This document shows, piece by piece, positions 12,479-25,272 of a stretch of DNA of 64,000 nt. Made by a program: the position numbers and the translations under genes. Every line of letters begins with the position of its first letter. Within the stretch, counting starts at the first letter, position 1. The stretch spans positions 14,136,001 to 14,200,000 of the forward strand of contig NC_043006.1 of NCBI RefSeq assembly GCF_006345805.1, in the 5' to 3' direction. The notes below the pieces were generated by a model. The model had not been told where the DNA came from, did no database searches, and worked only from the letters and a program-made list of their open reading frames with translations. The stretch comes from Octopus sinensis. Lineage: Eukaryota.

Positions 12479-12789
12479 AGTGATAGGGAGTTAAAGACAG
12501 ATACAGTGAAAAATAACATAAGAGATGCAGGTTGAATGCACATACTAGGTTTGGTGATACGCACTGAGTTAAAGACCGCTACACACATTAAGAAAGAATC
12601 ATAGAGACAAAGGAGGGGAGAAGAAGAGGGAGGGGATAGGAGGGGCAATTATCTCTAAATTGATCTGTATAAAGATTCTATGTCATTTACAATAGGATGT
12701 TTCCATGCTGCCTCAATCTTTGCATCAAAGGCTTTTGTATAAATAACTGTTTGAGTTATCTACGATGCACATGTAGATAATTTTTAACA

Positions 12790-14311
12790 TAATTTCTAAG
12801 TAACTAAAAAAATTTAAACTTCGTATACTGGTAGAATCTCTCTATATATAAACGGCAGTTTGTCTGTGTGTGTGTCTGTGTGTCTGTCAGGTTGTACCCT
12901 CACCCTGACCACGGCTTTCAACCGATTCTGATGAAACTTGACACACACATAGTCCAATGTCATAATTCAAAACCAACGCGGCGAAAATTTTAAAAAGTTC
13001 CCCCAGTTCTGAAAAAAATCGATAAATTTGACATGGGGTCGAGAATCTAAGCTTTTTATATGCAACACATTTTCTGTTGTAGTTTTCGCAACTTGCAATC
13101 GATTTTCACCAAACTCATGGTGAAGCTTAATGTTACCCTAAGAAACTTAATTCTGACGTTAGTTTTTCATGCAATATCTTACCAACAGAAAAAATCGATA
13201 AAATCATGCCATTTTGAGAAATCGCGTTTAAATTCAATTTTCGACAATATCTTTCACAAATTGGCTGGAATTTTTTTTTTAATTCACAGCGAGCATCATG
13301 TCTGCTCCAAGGAGCTATATGGCCCTTTTTATTCCAATTGGATACTTTATTACTGGAAAAAATCGGTTAATTAAATCATATTAAACCGATTTGTGTATTA
13401 AACACAAACCACAGACTGTCTTGGGGATGCAACTCGACCTTTTTAACTCTCGGAACACGTGGGGTAAGTATCCCAAAATATATTAAATTGTACAAAAACG
13501 GCAAAAAAACGGGCAGAAATGTGAGTGACAACGAAAAAGTCAAAAGTGACCAAACTGAACAAACGAATAGAAAAGGTTTTTTGGTGCACACGACAAAAGC
13601 AGTTTATAATAAACCAAGAGTTTGCAAGTAGCGTCCGAGGATCCTTAGGGTACGTCAAAAATTTAATGTAAAACGTTTGGAGTGGTAGTTATAAAGAAAG
13701 TTTAAACAAAAAAAAGTATTCGAATAACTTGCGGCTGCAGCAGCTATTAGCAGAAGTGGCGGTGTTGGGGGTAAAGTCTCGAATGTAATTTCTTCCTGGT
13801 AGGAATTGGTTGGGTTGAATTATCGATAGCTGTTTGATAGTTATTTGGGAGTGAAGAGAAGACATTGCAACCTACACATGCGCCTTCGTTCCCTAGAGGG
13901 AAAGGACTAGATTGGGATTAGTCGTTGCCTACTAGGGGCTCTTACATACCCGGGCAACGCCGGGCTATGCTGCTAGTGTGTTTATAAAACATCTTTTTTC
14001 TTGGCTTTATTCAGAAAATTCTATAGTTTGTAAGATATTTGTTGTTTTTTTCTTCAATTTCTGCAATTTCAACCAATCAGTGACGTCCATTGAGGTAACA
14101 AATATTCTGTGCCGTATGAATATGTCCCTCGTTTAAGAAACAGATTGGGTTTATTTACATTTATGAAGAAAAAAAGATACCCTTCCCCCCACCCCTAACC
14201 CTAACCCTATAACAGATGGAAATGCAATAGATCGATACTAGGGTAATAATTATGGGTGACAATTTCATATGACACCGCTAGAAAAAACTGCCGTTCAAAC
14301 CGAAAAGATCC
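12790..14311. mobile_element. MITE (ggatcttttcgg TIR family), left end degraded, split by a Helitron
   Basis: Flanks rejoin to tactggtagaa-tgtgtttataaaacatc as in the intact copy at 53120-53533; right TIR ...accgaaaagatcc ends at 14311. Confidence 0.85.
12837..13976 (+). mobile_element. Non-autonomous Helitron
   Basis: 5' TC, 3' CTAG, subterminal hairpin cccgg-gcaacg-ccggg, inserted between A and T with no TSD. Confidence 0.9.
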
Positions 14312-15011
14312 AAAACAAATTGACAGGCAGGAAATATATTTTACGATAAAAAGTTGGACGTTGTCAAAATATCGCAAAACAAACATTACGGATTTTGAAA
14401 GAATTAATTATAGAATAACGTATAGTTCTCATGAATCCGCAAGATTTGTTTTGCTTTGTTCTTGCGACGTGGGAACATTCAATACCAAATATTATTTTCC
14501 GTATTCAATTCTTTAGCGTCGAAGAATTTTCGACCACGAAGCATAGAGAGAAGAAAATATAACATCACAAATATGTAGTTTTTGTATATTTATTAATCTC
14601 TGCAGAATATTAATCGCGTTAGAATCTGATTGTGGATTACTTTGCTTCCTTTGAATAAATACAAGCATTGTTCTTTTTATGATATACTACCAAATCTGCT
14701 AAAAAACTTTATTAAATTTTGTCATCATCAAATTTAAATTTAAAATAATCCATATGGAATTACAATAAGATTTTAGTTTCTTTTACATTTTTTTTTTATG
14801 CCCTTTCAAAAATCGATTGTTCAACATTACTAAATTAGCGAGCATCTCCTTCAAAACTCGCATTCGTGTAAGATTTTAAAGAAGCTTCGCGCTTGAAATG
14901 AGAAATTGAATTCATTAAAGAAGTTGGACAAGTATTTAGAATCCAACAATTTACGTTTGTTCAGGCTTTCATGCTATTAAAGTCGTCATGCTTAGCAAAA
15001 TTTCTTACTAT

Positions 15012-15290
15012 TCACTGAAAGAAGCTCGTCGTATATATGTATATATGTGTGCGTGTGTGTGTGTGTGTGCGTGTGTTTGTGTGTCTGTGTTTGTTCGCCC
15101 AACATCGCTTGACAACTGATGCTGGTGTGTTTACGTCCCCGTAACCTAGCGGTTCGGCAAAAGAGCCCGATAGAATAAGTACTAGGCTTACAAAGAATAA
15201 GTCCTGGGGTCGATTTGATTCGACTAAAGGCGGTGCTCCAGCATGACCGCAGTCAAATGACTGAAACAAGTAAAAGAGTAAAGATTAAAA
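15012..15290 (+). mobile_element. SINE family B, 5'-truncated
   Basis: gaaagaagctcgtcg, microsatellite and family B 3' half. Confidence 0.85.
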
Positions 15291-15535
15291 GAGTTTTATC
15301 TTATATACTCAATAACAATTTGTTTTGGTTATTAAAAACATTGCCCTTAAAAAGAATGGACCAGCAAGAAACTGCTGGCTCAGGAGTGATAATATTTTTA
15401 ATTAAGTTAACCTGAAAAAATACAGGACAAGTAGAAGTGGAAGTTTAAAAGTATTACGTATTCATCTGGAATCAAATATAAAAAAAGGGTTAATTCGATT
15501 CAAATATAACAGTATAATTCCCCCTTTGAAGAAAA

Positions 15536-15934
15536 TCTTTATATATAAAAGTGAGGTTGTGTGCTGTCTGTCTCCTACGATTTAGATTCCTAACTACTCC
15601 CACATTTTGCGGTGCAGTTTAACCAAAACCGGGTATCTTATAGTCGTGATTCATATCGATCCCTTCTGGGTATTAGCGCGCGTCTACGATGAGTCTACGA
15701 TTTTTAAAAAAATTTACCATCAATTTTTTCCATTTTTAATGCATTTTTGGCATATATAAGGGAAGTAACTCTCTAAAAATTTATTATTAAATCTCAGAAC
15801 GTAAAAAGCTACAGTAACACCACCACCCCTTTGTGGTTAGCCATATTGAGATGGCTATTATACTTTACATCTCTAAAAATGCTAATATAGTTATTTCCCT
15901 TACAAATCCGAGCAACGCCGGGCGATACTGCTAG
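15536..15934 (+). mobile_element. Non-autonomous Helitron
   Basis: A|TCtttatatataaaa start; ccgagcaacgccggg hairpin; CTAG|T end. Confidence 0.85.
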
Positions 15935-16456
15935 TTCTAAATAAACTTCCGTCATTTACTCCTTATAAAATAAAATATGGTGAATGATGTAAGAAGGCGA
16001 AGCACTAGTATATGATGGAGATGGAGCTTGCCTTTCAAAATTTAACAAACCCTCACCAACTACTCTCCTCTCGTATTTTTCATTCACAGCTGAGCCGACA
16101 TTTAGGCATAGTTAAATATGAGCTCAACTAGGAAGGGAACGGTGATGAGGATGCGTGTCAACTGAACTAGTGAGAATCAAATAAGTAGTAGTATCCTGTC
16201 AGTTCAGAAATAAGAGCTCATTTACTGAGCTCTACCTTCCTCGGCTCAAATATGAAAATTTCTCCCCACTTGAGACAAAGGACTTGGAATTTATGCCATG
16301 AAGCCCTGGAAATATAACATTCTAGGGATCTTGATACCCAGAAACTCCCACCAACAACACTCATGTCTTCTATAAGGCATGACCATCAAACCTTCCTTCC
16401 TAAAGTGCACAAAATTTGATTTATCTTCTTCAGACATTGATTATGATCTCGGTTTA

Positions 16457-17029
16457 GGAGGCGCAATGGCCCAATGGTTAGGGCAGCGGACTCGTGGTCA
16501 TAGGATCGCGGTTTCGATTCCCAGACCGGGCGTTGTGAGTGTTTATTGAGCGAAAACACCTAAAAAAGCTTCACGAGGCTCCGGCAGGGGATGGTGGTGA
16601 TCCCTGCTGTATTATATAGAGAGTAGTGATAGGGAGGAGGCGCAATGGCCCAGTGGCCCAGTGGTTGGGGCAGCGAACTCGCGGTCATAGGATCGCGGTT
16701 TCGATTCCCAGACCGGGCGTTATGTGTGTTTATTGAGCGAAAACACCTAAAAGTTCCACGTAGCTCCGGCAGGGGATGATGGTGATCCCTGCTGTACTCT
16801 TTCACCACAACTTTCTCTCACTCTTACTTCCTGTTTCTGTTGTACGTGTATTTCAAGGGGCCGGCCTTGTCACTCTCTGTGTCACGCTGAATTTCACCGA
16901 GAACTACGTTAAGGGTGCACGTGTCTGTGGAGTGCTCAGCCACTTACGCGTTAATTTCACGAGCAGGCTGTTCCGTTGATTCGGATCAACCGGAACCCTC
17001 GTCGTCGTAACCGACGGAGTGTTTCCCCA
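16457..17029 (+). mobile_element. Two adjacent SINE family C copies (truncated 16457-16610; full-length 16636-17029)
   Basis: Repeated ggaggcgcaatgg heads; body matches 7948 and 12098 copies. Confidence 0.85.
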
Positions 17030-17097
17030 TGAAAAGAACAAAACTAATTCTTCAAATTTCGCATTTTCAACATTCTGCTCAAAGGCAATTTTTTTTT

Positions 17098-17408
17098 ATT
17101 TATGCGCCCTATTCAAGCGTAGCCAGGCTCATTGGGCCCGGCTTCCCGGTTTCTGTGGCGTATGTGTTTCCTCCAGCTGGACGGGACGCCAGTCCATCGC
17201 AGCGTTACCCAAGAAACGGGAAGAAAGAGTGAGAAAAAGTTGGGGGCGAAAGAATACAACAGGGGTTTCCACCACCCCCTGCAGGAGCCTCGTGGAGCTT
17301 TACGTGTTTTCGCTCAATAAACACACACAACGCCCGGTCTGGGAATCGAAACCACGATCCTCCGACCGCGAGTCCGCTGCCCTAACCACTGGGCCATTGC
17401 GCCTCCAC
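17098..17408 (-). mobile_element. Chimeric SINE: family C head + family E tail
   Basis: Minus strand reads the family C head, then gctgcgatggactggcgtcccgtccagctgg...gggcgcat as in the satellite unit. Confidence 0.8.
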
Positions 17409-17420
17409 AAAGGCAATATA

Positions 17421-17655
17421 TATTTCTTTACTACCCACAAGGAGCTAAACACAGAGGGGACAAACAAGGACAGACAAACGGATTAAGTCGATTGCATCGA
17501 CCCCAGTGCGTAACTGGTACTTAATTTATCGACCCCGAAAGGATGAAAGGCAAAGTCGACCTCGGCGGAATTTGAACTTGGAACGTAACGACAGATGAAA
17601 TACGGCTACGCATTTCGCCCGGCGCGCTAACGTTTCTGCCAGCTCGCTGCATATA
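17421..17655 (-). mobile_element. SINE family A
   Basis: 16-bp TSD ccacaaaggcaatata at 17405-17420 and 17661-17676. Confidence 0.9.
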
Positions 17656-18313
17656 TATTGCCACAAAGGCAATATAGTCTTCCTTTTAATCTTTTCTATT
17701 ATTTTTCCTTTTGTATACGCAAGACATTTTATGAAATTCAAATTTAAAGCTTTCACTTCTTTTTGTCCTGTACGTTACTAATATTTATACACTCTTGCGG
17801 CTGCGTTTTCCTGCTAATATGTATCTAAGAGTGTTGTAATTCGATTGAAATGTTGCCAGGTGTAAATAGCATATATATCGCTTTAAAAATATGCTTCAAG
17901 TAATGTCGATGAGAAGTTGGGTAAAATATGCATGGTGATGACAGTAAATAAATAACAAAGAAATAATGTATTACCTAGCGTAGTTTGTTTAATGTTTTAT
18001 TATATTTGTTAAGAGGGAATATTCGCCTTGTCAAATATAAGAGGGTAATGAATGAATTCAGAGAAAAGCCTTACTACCAGAAGGTGTGTTGAGAGAAAGA
18101 AGAAGAAAGATAAATAGAGAGAGAGGGGGAGATTTGTGTAAATATCTCGTTTGTATCGCAATTTATGGAAGAAAATACGAATATCGAATTAGATATGTTC
18201 AAAATTCTGTCAATTGCCTTTAAATGTTTCATTCTATGGACTAAAGATTACCGGAAAGGGACGATTAGGCGCGATTGTTTAAGTACTCGTGATTTAGCGC
18301 TACCAACTGGACA

Positions 18314-18713
18314 TCTTTATATATAAAATTCAAGTTGTGTGTCTGTCTCCTACGATTTAGATTCCTAACTACTCCCACATTTTGCTGTGCAGTTTAACCA
18401 AAACCGGGTATCTTATAGTCGTGATTCATATCGAGCCCTTTTGGGTATTAGCGCGCGTTTACGATGAGTCTATGATTTTTAAAAAAATTTACCATCATTT
18501 TGTTCCATTTTTAATGCATTTTTTTCGCTATTATATAAGGGAAGTAACTCTCTAAAAATGTCTACGATGAGTCAACGATTTTTTTAAAAATTTACCATCA
18601 TTTTTTTTCCATTTTTAATGCATTTTTTTGCTATTTTTTGGCTATAACTCTCTAAAAATGCTTATATAGTTATTTCCCTTACAAATCCAAGCAACGCCGG
18701 GCGATACTGCTAG
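18314..18713 (+). mobile_element. Non-autonomous Helitron (same family as 15536-15934) with internal tandem duplication
   Basis: A|TC start, caacgccgggcgatactgCTAG|T end. Confidence 0.85.
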
Positions 18714-18939
18714 TTGAATCTGTTTTAGAGATGGCTTTTTTAGACGACGACAGAACCTTTTGACAATGGAGGCGAGCGCGTGGAAATATATACATAGAGA
18801 CAGAGAGAGAGAGAGAGATGCTTCAATGAATTAATTGAACTGGATGGACATAGACGTTTTGCCCCTCTCCTCATGCACAAAATAGAGAGAAATATACTCA
18901 CATAAATAGAGAAAAAGATGGGCGAGAGGGGGGGAGAAA

Positions 18940-18992
18940 AAATGAAAGAAAGAAAGAACGAACGAAGGAGAGAAGGAAATAAAGAAAGAAAT

Positions 18993-19041
<49 letters not shown>

Positions 19042-19072
19042 ACGAAGGAGAGAAGCAAAGAAAGAAAGAAAT

Positions 19073-19109
<37 letters not shown>

Positions 19110-19226
19110 ACGAAGGAGAGAAGGAAAGAAAGAAAGAAATGAAGAAAGAAGGAAAGAAAGAAAGAAAGAAGGGAGGAAAGAAAGAAAAAAAGAAAGAAGG
19201 AAGGAAAGAAGGAAAGAGAGAGGGAA

Positions 19227-19257
<31 letters not shown>

Positions 19258-19701
19258 GGAAAGAAAGAAAGGGAGGAAGGAAAGAAAGAAGGAAGGAAGG
19301 AAGGGAGGAAGAAAGAAAGAAGGAGGAAAGAAAAGAAAGAAGAAAGAAAGAAAGAAGAAAGAAAGAAGGAAAGAAGGAGGAAGGAAGGAAAGAAGAAGGA
19401 AAAAGAAAAGAAAGAAAGAAAGAAGGAAGGAAGGAAGGAAGAAAGAAAGAAAGAAAGAAAGAAAGGAAGGAAGAAGGAAGAGAAAAAAGAAAGAAAGAAA
19501 GAAAGAAGAAAGAAAGAGAAAGGAAGGAAGAATGAATGAAAGAAAGAAGAAGGAAAGGAAGGAAAGAAGGAAAGAAAGAAAAGAGAAGGAGGAAGGAAGG
19601 AAGGAAGGAAGGAAAGAAAGAAAGAAAGAAAGAAGGAAAGAAAGAAAAAGAAGAAAGAAAGAAAGAAAGAAAGAAGGAAAGAAGAATGAATGAAAGAAAT
19701 A

Positions 19702-19732
<31 letters not shown>

Positions 19733-19745
19733 GAAGAAGAAGGAA

Positions 19746-19816
<71 letters not shown>

Positions 19817-19867
19817 TGAATGAATGAAAGAAAGAAAGAAAGAAAGAAAGAAAGGAAAAATGAATGA

Positions 19868-19902
<35 letters not shown>

Positions 19903-19950
19903 GAAGAAGGAGGAAGGAAGGAAGGAAAGAAAGAAAGAAGAAAGGAAGGA

Positions 19951-19985
<35 letters not shown>

Positions 19986-20495
19986 GAAGGAAGAAGGAAG
20001 GAAGGAAAGAAAGAAAGGAAGGAAGGAAAGAAAGAAGAAGAAAGAAAGAAAGAAAGGAAGAAAGAAAGGAAGGAAGGAAGGAAAGAATGAAAAGAAAGAA
20101 AGAAAGAAAAGAAAGGAAAGAAGGAAGGAAGGAAGGAAAAGAAAGAAGAAGGAAGAAAGAAAAGAAAGAAGAGAGAAAGAAAGAAAGGAAGGAAGGAAAG
20201 AAAGAAGAAGGAAGGAAGAAGAAAAGAAAGAAGAAGAAGGAAGGAAGGAAGAGGAAAGAAGGAAGGAAGGAAGAAAGAAAGAAAGAAAAAGAAAGAATGA
20301 AAGAAAGAAGATGAAAGAAAATGGAAGGAAAGAAAGAAAGAAAGAAGAAAGGAAGGAAGAAAGAAGAAGGGAAGAAGGAAAGGAAAGAAAGAAAGAAGAA
20401 GAAAGAAAAGAAAGAAAAGAAAGAATGGAAAAAAGAAAGAAAGAAAGAAAGAATGAATGAAAGAAAGAAAGAAAGAAAGAAAGGAAAGAATGAAT

Positions 20496-20527
<32 letters not shown>

Positions 20528-20585
20528 GAAAGAAAGAAGGAAAGAATGGAAGGAAAGAATGGAAAGAAAGAAAATGGAGAGAGAG
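18940..20585. repeat. ~1.6-kb (GAAA)n/(GAAG)n polypurine tract
   Basis: Almost all purine on the + strand; source of the Lys/Glu/Arg and Phe/Leu/Ser pseudo-ORFs. Confidence 0.98.
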
Positions 20586-20685
20586 ACATATTACAGTTGA
20601 GATGTGATGGCCATTAACACTTTCCCCTCTCCTCGTACACAGTGAGAAATATGCTGAAAGAGAGAGAGGAGGAAAGAGACAGATA

Positions 20686-20894
20686 CTCTTTTACTCTTTT
20701 ACTTGTTTCAGTCATTTGACTGCGGCCATGCTGGAGCACCGCCTTTAATCGAGTCAACTCGACCCCGGACTTATTCCTTTTTGTAAGCCCAGTACTTATT
20801 TATCGGTCTTTTTTCCAACCGCTAAGTAACGGGGACATAAACACACCCAAGCATCGGTTGTCAAGCAATGCTAGGGACAAACATACTCACACAA

Positions 20895-20929
<35 letters not shown>

Positions 20930-21148
20930 ATATATATATATATATTATATAATATTATATATATATATATATATATTATATATTATAACGACGACGGCTT
21001 CTTTCAGTTTTCCATCTACAAATCCACTCACAAGGCTTTGGTCGGGCCGAGGCTATAGCAGAAGACACTTGCCTAAGGTTTCCACGCAGTGGGACTGAAC
21101 CCGGAACCATGTGGTTGGTAAACAAGCTACTTACCACACAGCCACTCC
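20686..21148 (-). mobile_element. SINE family B
   Basis: Family B head and tail around an internal (TA)n. Confidence 0.85.
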
Positions 21149-21269
21149 TTAAAATACGTTAAATAATCCTGATCTCAATACAAACACGACGCATGAAGAG
21201 AAACACACACGAAAGAACAAATGGAGTGGGAGAAAGAATGGGTGAGAGAGAGAGAGAGAGAGAGAGACG

Positions 21270-21307
<38 letters not shown>

Positions 21308-21746
21308 TAGACAGACAGACAGAGCTGAGTGAAAGAAAGATGTACGGAAATCTATTGGGATAAAGCTTTTCGGTTCCACATTTACTCATTCTTTAAATTT
21401 GTATACTTTTTTCAGTGATTTGACTGTGGCTATGTTGGAGCACCGCCTTAAGTCGAGCGAATCGACCCCAGGACTTATTCTTATATTTATTATTATCATT
21501 ATCATTATTATTATCATTATTATTATTATTACGTATTCTTGTATGTATGTATGTATAACAACAATACTAGTAATAATAATAATAATAAAATTTTAATTTA
21601 AAATTTAAAAAATAATAATAATAATAACAATAATAATAATAAAATAAAAATAAAATATAAAAAGTCGGTGTAAACATATATATATATATATACGTAGAAC
21701 AAGTATAGTGTTATTGGACGCTCAGGAAAGGAAAGAAGGAAGGAGG

Positions 21747-21781
21747 GTTTAACGTTTCGAGCGGAGCTCTTCGTCAGAAAC
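21747..21781 (-). ncRNA. Minimal hammerhead ribozyme with intact core
   Basis: Minus strand gttt-CTGACGA-a-gagc tcc gctc-GAAA-cg-TT-aaac; palindromic aacgtt in stem III. Confidence 0.75.
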
Positions 21782-21918
21782 ATAGGAAAGGGAAAGATCC
21801 AAGGAAGGGAAGACGGAGGAAAGAAAATCGCCAACGATACACACGCGGTCACATTATATATAGTGAGAGAGAGAAAGAGTGGGAGAGAGAGAGAGAGAGA
21901 GAGAGAGGTGGAGGTAAA

Positions 21919-22233
21919 GGCCTCCTTCGGTCATGAATGACCATGGGATTGCACCTACAAAGTTACCTTCTGAGGCACAAATCTGGGTAAGGTTGTTTAT
22001 TGAATACCAGTAGTCGCCCATGCATATCAGCCTTGCTTCTCCGCTCCACCGATGTTATCCAAGGGTAAGGCCCAATGCAGCTTGGCACCTGTGACGTCGC
22101 AACTCATTCCCACAGCTGAGTGAACTGGAGCAACGTGAAGTAAAGTGTCTTGCTCAAGAACACAACAAGCAACTCGGTTCCGGGAATCGAACTCACTACG
22201 TGTGAGCCCGACGCTCTAACCACTGGGCCATGC
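21919..22233 (-). mobile_element. SINE family D
   Basis: tRNA-like head, ttcttgagcaagacacttta core, tail shared with 56475-56800 and 60382-60715. Confidence 0.8.
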
Positions 22234-22318
22234 ATTATGCTAACACAAATTCAAAAATTTGGCTGTTTAGCAATTAAAAAGATAAATCTGTAATAATTAC
22301 ATGCCATAAGTAACATAA

Positions 22319-22610
22319 GTGGAGGCGCAATGGCCGAGTGGTTAGGGCAGCGGACTCGCGGTCGTAGGATCGCGGTTTCGATTCCCAGACCGGGCGTTGC
22401 GTGTGTTTATTGAGCGAAAACACCTAAAAGCTCCACGAGACTCCGGCAGGGATGGTGTGATCCTGCTGTACTCTTTCACCACCACTCTTTCCTCCCACTC
22501 TTTCTTCTGTTGGCCTGCTCGCTTACCAGCGGGGTGGCGTCATTCGAAGGCTAAAACACTGGCGAACGCATTGTGACCAGCGATGTGTACTACATCTGAT
22601 GGACTGGTCG
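22319..22610 (+). mobile_element. SINE family C, alternative-tail subfamily
   Basis: C head + tgttggcctgctcgc...gatggactggtcg tail, as at 51645 and 58436. Confidence 0.85.
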
Positions 22611-22640
22611 TAAAAAAAAAAAAATTTTTTAAGTAAGAAT

Positions 22641-23055
22641 AGGCGCAGGAGTGGCTGTGTGGTAAGTAGCTTGCTAACCAGCCACATGGTTTCCGGGTTC
22701 AGTTCCCACTGCGTGGTATCTTGGGCAAGTGTTTCTTCTGCTATAGCCCCGAGCCGACCAAAGCCTTGTGAGTGGATTTAGTAGACGGAAACTGAAAGAA
22801 GCCTGTCGTATATATGTATATATTTATGTGTGTGGTTTTATGTGTTTTGTTGTGTCTGGGTTTTTGTCCCCCTAGCATTGCTTGACAACCGATGCTGGTG
22901 TGTTTACGTCCCCGTTACTTAGCGGTTCGGCAAAAGAGACCGATAAAATAAGTACTGGGCTTACAAAGAATAAGTCCCGGGGTCGATTTACTCGACTAAA
23001 AGGCGGTGCTCCAGCATGGCCGCAGTCAAATGACTGAAACAAGTAAAAGAGTAAA
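22641..23055 (+). mobile_element. SINE family B
   Basis: Full head-to-tail match. Confidence 0.88.
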
Positions 23056-23499
23056 AATATTTACATGTTCGTTTCACTTACTCGAGATATCCAAAGTCCA
23101 GTTTTGTATTTTACCGAACTGTATAGCTTTTATCATGAATCCTGCAGGCATACGTACTAAAATTTCAAAGGCCATCGACGTCAGAAATGTACTTGCAGAG
23201 CCAATAAGTTTCGTCACCGCTCTTATATGTGTAATCTGTATTTTATAAGCGAAGCAATGCTTCATTCTTAATCGTGTTACTTACGAAATGTAAAATACTA
23301 AATTACATGATTTGCAGACATACACAGTTAACGTCTTCTTTGCAGATTATTCGCAGATCTTTTGTGCGTGAAGTAGCTTAACTTCAGATAACTTGAACAT
23401 TTTGCATTAATCTCGCTATTAAATTATGTTGACACCTCAGGAGATCCATTCCAATTCAAAATAACAATGAAATTTCCATTCCCATCCTTTATCATATAG

Positions 23500-23532
23500 A
23501 TAGATAGATAGATATGATAGAAGATAGATATA

Positions 23533-23582
<50 letters not shown>

Positions 23583-23627
23583 GATAGATAGATATAGACA
23601 GATAGATAGACAGATAGATAGACAGAC

Positions 23628-23685
<58 letters not shown>

Positions 23686-23686
23686 C

Positions 23687-23719
<33 letters not shown>

Positions 23720-23730
23720 GTAGATAGATA
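23500..23730. repeat. (GATA)n microsatellite
   Basis: Directly visible. Confidence 0.97.
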
Positions 23731-23805
23731 TCCATATAATGAATGTATATGCATGTATATATTTTTTTCTCCTCCTTCCTTTTCTGTGTTTTCTCTCTCT
23801 GTGTA

Positions 23806-23844
23806 TCTTTTCTGTTGAAGAGCGTAGGCTCGAAACGTTAAGAC
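23806..23844 (+). ncRNA. Minimal hammerhead motif (A6-to-U core variant)
   Basis: tctttt-CTGTTGA-a-gagc gtag gctc-GAAA-cg-TT-aagac. Confidence 0.6.
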
Positions 23845-24052
23845 TTGTTTATTTATATTTCCTGAGCGCCATACTAATACAATTGTTCGTTTGTCTTCCA
23901 CCTGCCTTCGTCTTTTTGTTTATTTCATAAAGCTTCCCGTTATATATATACATACCACTACAACATACATACATATGATGATCTATGTATGTGTGTATAT
24001 ATATATACATACATAATACATACAATAAGAAGAATGTAATATGTATATATAT

Positions 24053-24087
<35 letters not shown>

Positions 24088-24101
24088 TAATATAATACAG
24101 C

Positions 24102-24233
24102 GGCGCAGGATTGGCACCTTGAGCAATATCTTCTACTATAGCCACGGATCGACCAAGCTTTGTGAGTGGATTTGGTAGATGGAAACTGAAAGAAGCCCGT
24201 CGTATATATATACTATGTTGTGGGTGTGTGTGT

Positions 24234-24265
<32 letters not shown>

Positions 24266-24276
24266 TGTTGTGTGTG

Positions 24277-24309
<33 letters not shown>

Positions 24310-24521
24310 TGTGTAAATGTTTGTATGTCTGTGTTTGCTCCCGCCCTCGATATCGCTTGACAACCGATATTGGTGCGTTTGTGTCTCTGTAACTTAGCGG
24401 TTCGGCAATAGAGACGGACAGAATAAGTACTAGGCTTACAAAGAAGTCCTGAGGAAATTTGCTCGACTAAAGGTGTTGCTCCAGCATGACTGCAGACAAA
24501 ATGACTGAAACAAGTAAAAGA

Positions 24522-24560
<39 letters not shown>

Positions 24561-24584
24561 GTGTGTGTAAGTGTGTGGGTGTTG

Positions 24585-24619
<35 letters not shown>

Positions 24620-25010
24620 AACAGTGTGTGTTGTGCCTGGTGTAAGTAGTTAGTGTGTGTATGTATATATATATGTATATATATGTATATAAATGTGTAT
24701 ATATATCTATATATGTATATATACCTATATTATATATATATATATTATATATATATGTATGTATACTCTTTTACTTTTTTACTCTTTTACTTGTTCCAGT
24801 CATTTGACTGCGGCCATGCTGGAGCACCGCCTTTAATCGAGCAACTCGACCCAGGGACTTATTCTTTTGTAAGCCCAGTACTTATTCTGTCGGTCTCTTT
24901 GCCGAACCGCTAAGTAATGGGGACATAAACACACCAGCATCTGTTGTCAAGCAATACTAGGGGAACAAACACAGACACGCAAACACACACACGCAACATA
25001 TAGATATATA

Positions 25011-25045
<35 letters not shown>

Positions 25046-25207
25046 CTATATATAATACGACGGGCTTCATTCAGTTCAGTGCCAAATCCCTCACAAGGCT
25101 TTGGTCAGCCCGAGGCTATAGTAGAAGACACTTGCCCAAGGTGCCACGCAGTGGGATGAACCCGGAACCATGTGGGTGGTAAACAAGCTACTTACCACAC
25201 AGCCACT
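24102..25207. mobile_element. Two SINE family B copies in opposite orientation (+ 24102-24522, - 24765-25207)
   Basis: Family B heads and tails separated by (TA)n/(TG)n. Confidence 0.8.
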
Positions 25208-25236
25208 ATATAATATATATATATTATATATATATA

Positions 25237-25272
<36 letters not shown>

